Assembly: GCF_011386835.1 (NCBI RefSeq)
Contig: NC_088797.1
Location: 32,860,001-32,924,000, forward strand
DNA: 64,000 bases
Source of the DNA: Chrysemys picta bellii
Lineage: Eukaryota
Reading direction: 5' to 3'
Part shown: positions 60,501 through 64,000 of the stretch, one piece after another
Layout of the letters: each line of letters starts with the position of its first letter
Position numbering within the stretch: position 1 is the first letter of the stretch
Notes under the pieces: model-generated
Told to the model about the DNA's origin: nothing
Database searches by the model: none
The model's input: only the letters and a program-made list of their open reading frames with translations
Translations under genes and position numbers: made by a program

Positions 60501-63500
60501 TTGGATTCATCTTTCTTGGATACTAGTTTGTAGTAATTCTCCCTGTAGAGTTAATTAGTTCAAGTGGTCAGGTGAGATGCCCAGCACACACCTACTGACT
60601 CAGACATTTCACTTAGATTGCCATTTCCCCATGTACTCTCAGTAGACTCACCAGTTGGAGGGGAAGCTTTACACTGAATGTCTAATCCTGTCATGCCAGG
60701 CTGCACCCCTCAAAGCAAGTCTCTGTACACTAGCCACCTGAAATGATGCTTTGGGATGCAGTGTGGGCTAGTGACTAAGGTACCAAGTGGGAGTCAGAAG
60801 ACTTGGGTTAAATGCCTGGCTGTGCCACTGACCTTGTGGGAGGGGAAGAGTCTGCCCAGCTTAGTCGACTTGGCTTGAAAGCAGTTCAAGAGGTTGTCTG
60901 GCATGTGACTAACTTGCAAGTTGATCCCTCCCCCCAACTTAACTCTTAGAGTATAAAAATGACTGAATCCTGATCCAAATAGCACTGGTTTGACAATAGA
61001 CTGCCCCAGGCAGGATAGCATTTCCACAACAAACTCCATCCTTGTCCTGCCACACAACCACTGCAGGCATAAAAGCCACCAGTGCAGCAACATGTGGGGA
61101 AGGGGGAGGACATCTTACCATTAAATGAATTGTGCCTACAAAGGGCAAGAATCCAGTTTCACCTGATAAGCATTCCAGCCCTTCCAAGGTCCTTGTGATC
61201 CCAGCATGCCTTGCAGATGGAAGAAGGCTTTGAAATCACTGCTGCGCTAAAAGCAGAGATTTTTGAGCAGATCTCAAAAATGAATCCAGGAAATGTGCCT
61301 GAGCAAGTCTTGCTGGCTTAGCAGGACTCTTCAGAGACTAAAGCAGGTCCTACACTCAAAGCACTACAGGAATACCAGTCTACTGCACTGGCTAAGCACT
61401 GCCAGTGTGCATGCAGCTATACTGGCAAAACTGCTCTTGTTGGTATAGCTCATTCCAGCCCTTCTGCCCAAAATGGGCTACACTAGTAACACTGTTTGGC
61501 ACTTAGCATAGATGCAGCTCACCTCAACCTGCTAATGAGGTGGCAGGTCAGTATAGCTGTGTAGAACAGTGTGATTTGCCAGCATAGCTACAGTGGCAGC
61601 AGTCAGTAGACCTGGGCTAAGAGGTGACTTGTCAGTCTTCAAGGCCCTACATGAGGAAGACATTTCTGATAGTAGGTGGCTCTTCAGTCAAGCAAAAGGC
61701 TGAATGAGATGAAGCAAGACATTCAAACTGGAAAGGTGCAAATGTTTCCCAGTGAGGGTGACTGACTTGCAAGAACTCCACAAGGAATGTGGTGGGTTCT
61801 CCATTAAGTGGGGTCTTAATGGACTGCATGTTGCTCCAAACAACTCCATAGCTTCAAACAAATTATGAGCTCCATATAGCTAGGTGAAGTTCTCTACTTT
61901 AGTGCCTTACAATTCTAAATATATCTGTGGCATCCTGGAGCCAGTATGACTTATCCCCATTTTATAGGTGGGAAAACTGAATCAGAGCAGTAAAGTGGCT
62001 TGTCCAAGGTCAGACTCAATGCAGGTCTCAAGTCCTAGGTTAGTGCTCTAACTATTAAACAATTCTTTCTGTCTGGCCTTTTATGCAAGAGGCTGGGCTA
62101 GATCAAGGGTCTTCTGACCTTAATATCTGATGGCTTGGGCCTGATGACTGCTCCATAGGCCATTATCACCCATTCAGACTCCAGTCTTAGGATAAAACTA
62201 TCAGAGTGCCTCAGGAACTGAACTCTCAGTGAAAGTCAATGGGGTTTAAGGAACTTAGATGCTTTTAAACTTGATCCCTAGGCTAGTGCCAGTTAAGCCC
62301 ACTTGGTGTTCCATGGGGAATGAATTACTAAGTCTAACCTGTCACTTAGGAGACCTGGGTTCAAGTCTGGCTCTGATGTTGAGGCCCAGAGGGAAGAGAC
62401 TTGCCCAGTTCTCCACCTGTAAAATGGGGAGAATCCTTCTGTACTTCAGTAGTGAGGATAAAATCCATTGTGATGCTCAAATGCCCATATCTAAATAGAG
62501 ACGGAGGATTTCATGGGGAATGTTGAGCAAGAGGCTGGGAAGCAAAGCCACTGCCACTGCAGGTCAGGAGTGAGGGGCACCAACAGTCTGTGGCCAAGCT
62601 TCCCCACAGGCTGGGACCTGAGGCAGTGGTCCCTGGTGGGTACATAAGAACAGCTATACTGGGTCAGACCAAAGGTCCATCTAGCCCAGTAGCCTGTCTT
62701 TCAACAGTGGCCAATGCCACATGCCCCAGGGGAAATGAACAGACAGGTTATCAAGTGATCCATTCCCTGTCACCCATTCCCAGCTTCTGGCAAACAGGCT
62801 AGGGACACCATCCCTGCCCATCCTGGCTAATAGCCATTGATGGACCCATCCTCCATGAACATAGTGAGTTTCTTTTTGTAAGATGCATATGCAAGTAACA
62901 AACAATTCTGTTTGTTTTGGCCACCCTATAAAACTAATGATTGGGGGGGGGGGGGGGGAGAAGAAGCATGCTACAAACCCTCCCTGTGTTAAAATCAAAA
63001 TCAGTGGAAGTTCCCCACACCACAAGGGCCTGCATGACTGGGCCCAACAATGGGAGCTTTGGTTTTTAACACAGTAAAGGAAGGGGACATCTGAAAGCAG
63101 GAAGGTAAGTGACAGGTAAAGCCTTATGGCAGTGACTAAGGATCTTATTGTATCTACTGATATACTGGCAAGAGTTTAACAAGAGAATCCTCCAAACATT
63201 TTCTACCTCTGAGACATGTTACATTCCTCCCTCTTTTACTCCAAAATTTACTCCATAGTCTGTCTGCTCCAAAATTCCTCACCCTTTCTGACTTAACTCC
63301 TTTAGGTCCATCAAGTTTCCTTCCCCAGCACCTGATGGAGGTTGTTAGGTGGTTCTGTTCCTGCCCTGTTGGGTGACCCTTCCCCACCCCGTACCTCAAT
63401 TTCCCCTTGCTAAAGTGAGGATAAAGCTACTTGCCCCATATATGGCATTACCTTTGAGATTGACTCATGGGTTTTGTGGCGTGAATAGGGCATCTCACTG

Positions 63501-63866
63501 GGAGTCAAAACTCATAGGCTCTATTCCTGGCACTGAGGGGAGTGTGGTCAAGTCAGTTAGAGCAGCGGTAAGGCTGGGAGCAAGGATGCCTGGATTCTAC
63601 TTCCTGCTCTAGGAAGGAATTGGGGGTCTGTATTAGGGCAGGGGAAGTGCGAACATTATGCTGTCAACCAAGCATCATAGCTCATCTCTTCCTTTCCCTA
63701 GGTCCATGCCTACATAATCAGCTCTCTGAAGAAGGAGATGCCCAATGTCTTTGGGAAGGAGAGCAGAAAGAAGGAGCTGGTGAACAACCTGGGCGAGATC
63801 TACTTGAAGATTGAGCGGGAGCATCAGATCTCACCTGGGGACTTCCCCAATCTGCGCAAGATGCAG
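35472..63866 (+). CDS. EHD1: EH domain-containing protein 1, partial: join(35472-35875,39782-39879,58350-58762,63702-63866) = 360 aa; final EH-domain exon beyond the window
   Basis: [19 protein letters not shown]-terminus, P-loop [26 protein letters not shown] (EHD1-type). Exon sizes 404/98/413/165, GT-AG. Synteny with miR-194-2/192. Confidence 0.95.
39782..39879 (+). CDS. EHD1: EHD1 exon 2 ([32 protein letters not shown])
   Basis: Direct translation; AG/GT. Confidence 0.96.
43584..43897. mobile_element. hAT MITE
   Basis: TIR CAGAGGTCCCCAAACT / AGTTTGGGGATCACTG; TSD TTCTAGAG/TTCTGGAG. Confidence 0.8.
45269..45515. mobile_element. Palindromic turtle MITE (ggctatgtctacact...agtgtagaca-type); degraded relatives near 18560, 41390, 42820, 50860, 59240, 61370
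   Basis: Degenerate inverted termini and internal GAGAGCGCTCTC palindrome. Confidence 0.5.
47692..48038. mobile_element. hAT MITE
   Basis: TIR CAACAGTTCTCAACC / GGTTGAGAACCCCTG; TSD TTCTGTGG/TTCTATGG. Confidence 0.75.
48281..49409. mobile_element. hAT MITE (inverted relative of 22613-22922) with nested insertion(s)
   Basis: Termini CAGGGATCAGCAATCT / AGGTTGCCCACCCCTG; TSD ATTTAGCG/GTTTAGCC; internal part shared with the 22.6-kb copy. Confidence 0.65.
50062..50809. mobile_element. hAT MITE
   Basis: Termini CAGTTATCACCAAC / GGCTGGAGATCACTG; TSD CTCTAGTC/CTCTAGTG. Confidence 0.7.
53101..53373. mobile_element. hAT MITE
   Basis: TIR CAGTTGTCCCCAA / TTGGGGGACCCCTG; perfect TSD CTTTAAGA. Confidence 0.8.
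55984..56504. mobile_element. hAT MITE (TAGGG-type TIR)
   Basis: TIR TAGGGTTACCAT / ATGGTAACCCTA; perfect TSD GTTATAAG. Confidence 0.88.
58350..58762 (+). CDS. EHD1: EHD1 exon 3 ([27 protein letters not shown]...ARLAK)
   Basis: Direct translation; AG/GT. Confidence 0.96.
60080..60540 (-). mobile_element. Degraded CR1 3' fragment
   Basis: Similar to the CR1 3' end (ggaagggaccacctgggtcat...ggaggctgttccagaa...cttagcctttgttttt..aagctaaacaag). Confidence 0.6.
62638..62865 (-). mobile_element. CR1 3' end fragment
   Basis: tacataagaacagctatactgggtcagaccaaaggtccatctagccc, same family as the 27352 copy. Confidence 0.8.
63702..63866 (+). CDS. EHD1: EHD1 exon 4 ([14 protein letters not shown]...LRKMQ)
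   Basis: Direct translation; cctttccctag / gtgtga. Confidence 0.95.
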
Positions 63867-64000
63867 GTGTGAAGTCATGCCATGGGGGCTGAAATGCAGT
63901 TTACATGGGGGGCCTTGAGCCATCCTGATAAGAATTTTCATCAGACATTTAGGCCCAGTCACTGATGTTAGCTAAGGTCAAGTTCATGCATGCCCCAGAG

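Overview
Vertebrate genomic DNA, almost certainly a turtle: it carries a tortoise-type tRNA/CR1 Pol III SINE, turtle-type CR1 LINEs and many hAT MITEs. All genes are on the + strand, in this order: (1) a complete 14-coding-exon COQ8/ADCK atypical kinase gene (424-9244, 591 aa), closest in sequence to COQ8A; (2) a PNMA-like Gypsy LTR retroelement remnant (LTR + tRNA-Ile PBS + gag with 3 stops + -1 frameshift signal) inserted in its probable 3' UTR; (3) a putative HNF1/HNF4/GATA/FOXA/CDX-type promoter and spliced host transcript, followed by the miR-194-2 / miR-192 cluster (19.3 and 20.2 kb); (4) a nested CR1/LTR/MITE block and a solo LTR; (5) EHD1 exons 1-4 (35472-63866; the last exon lies beyond the window). 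The order miR-194-2, miR-192, EHD1 matches human 11q13, where no COQ8 gene is known. The kinase is therefore probably a third vertebrate COQ8 paralog lost in mammals. Most ORFs in the six-frame track are spurious products of GC-rich or repeat DNA. Comparisons to human sequences are from recall and need confirmation by alignment.
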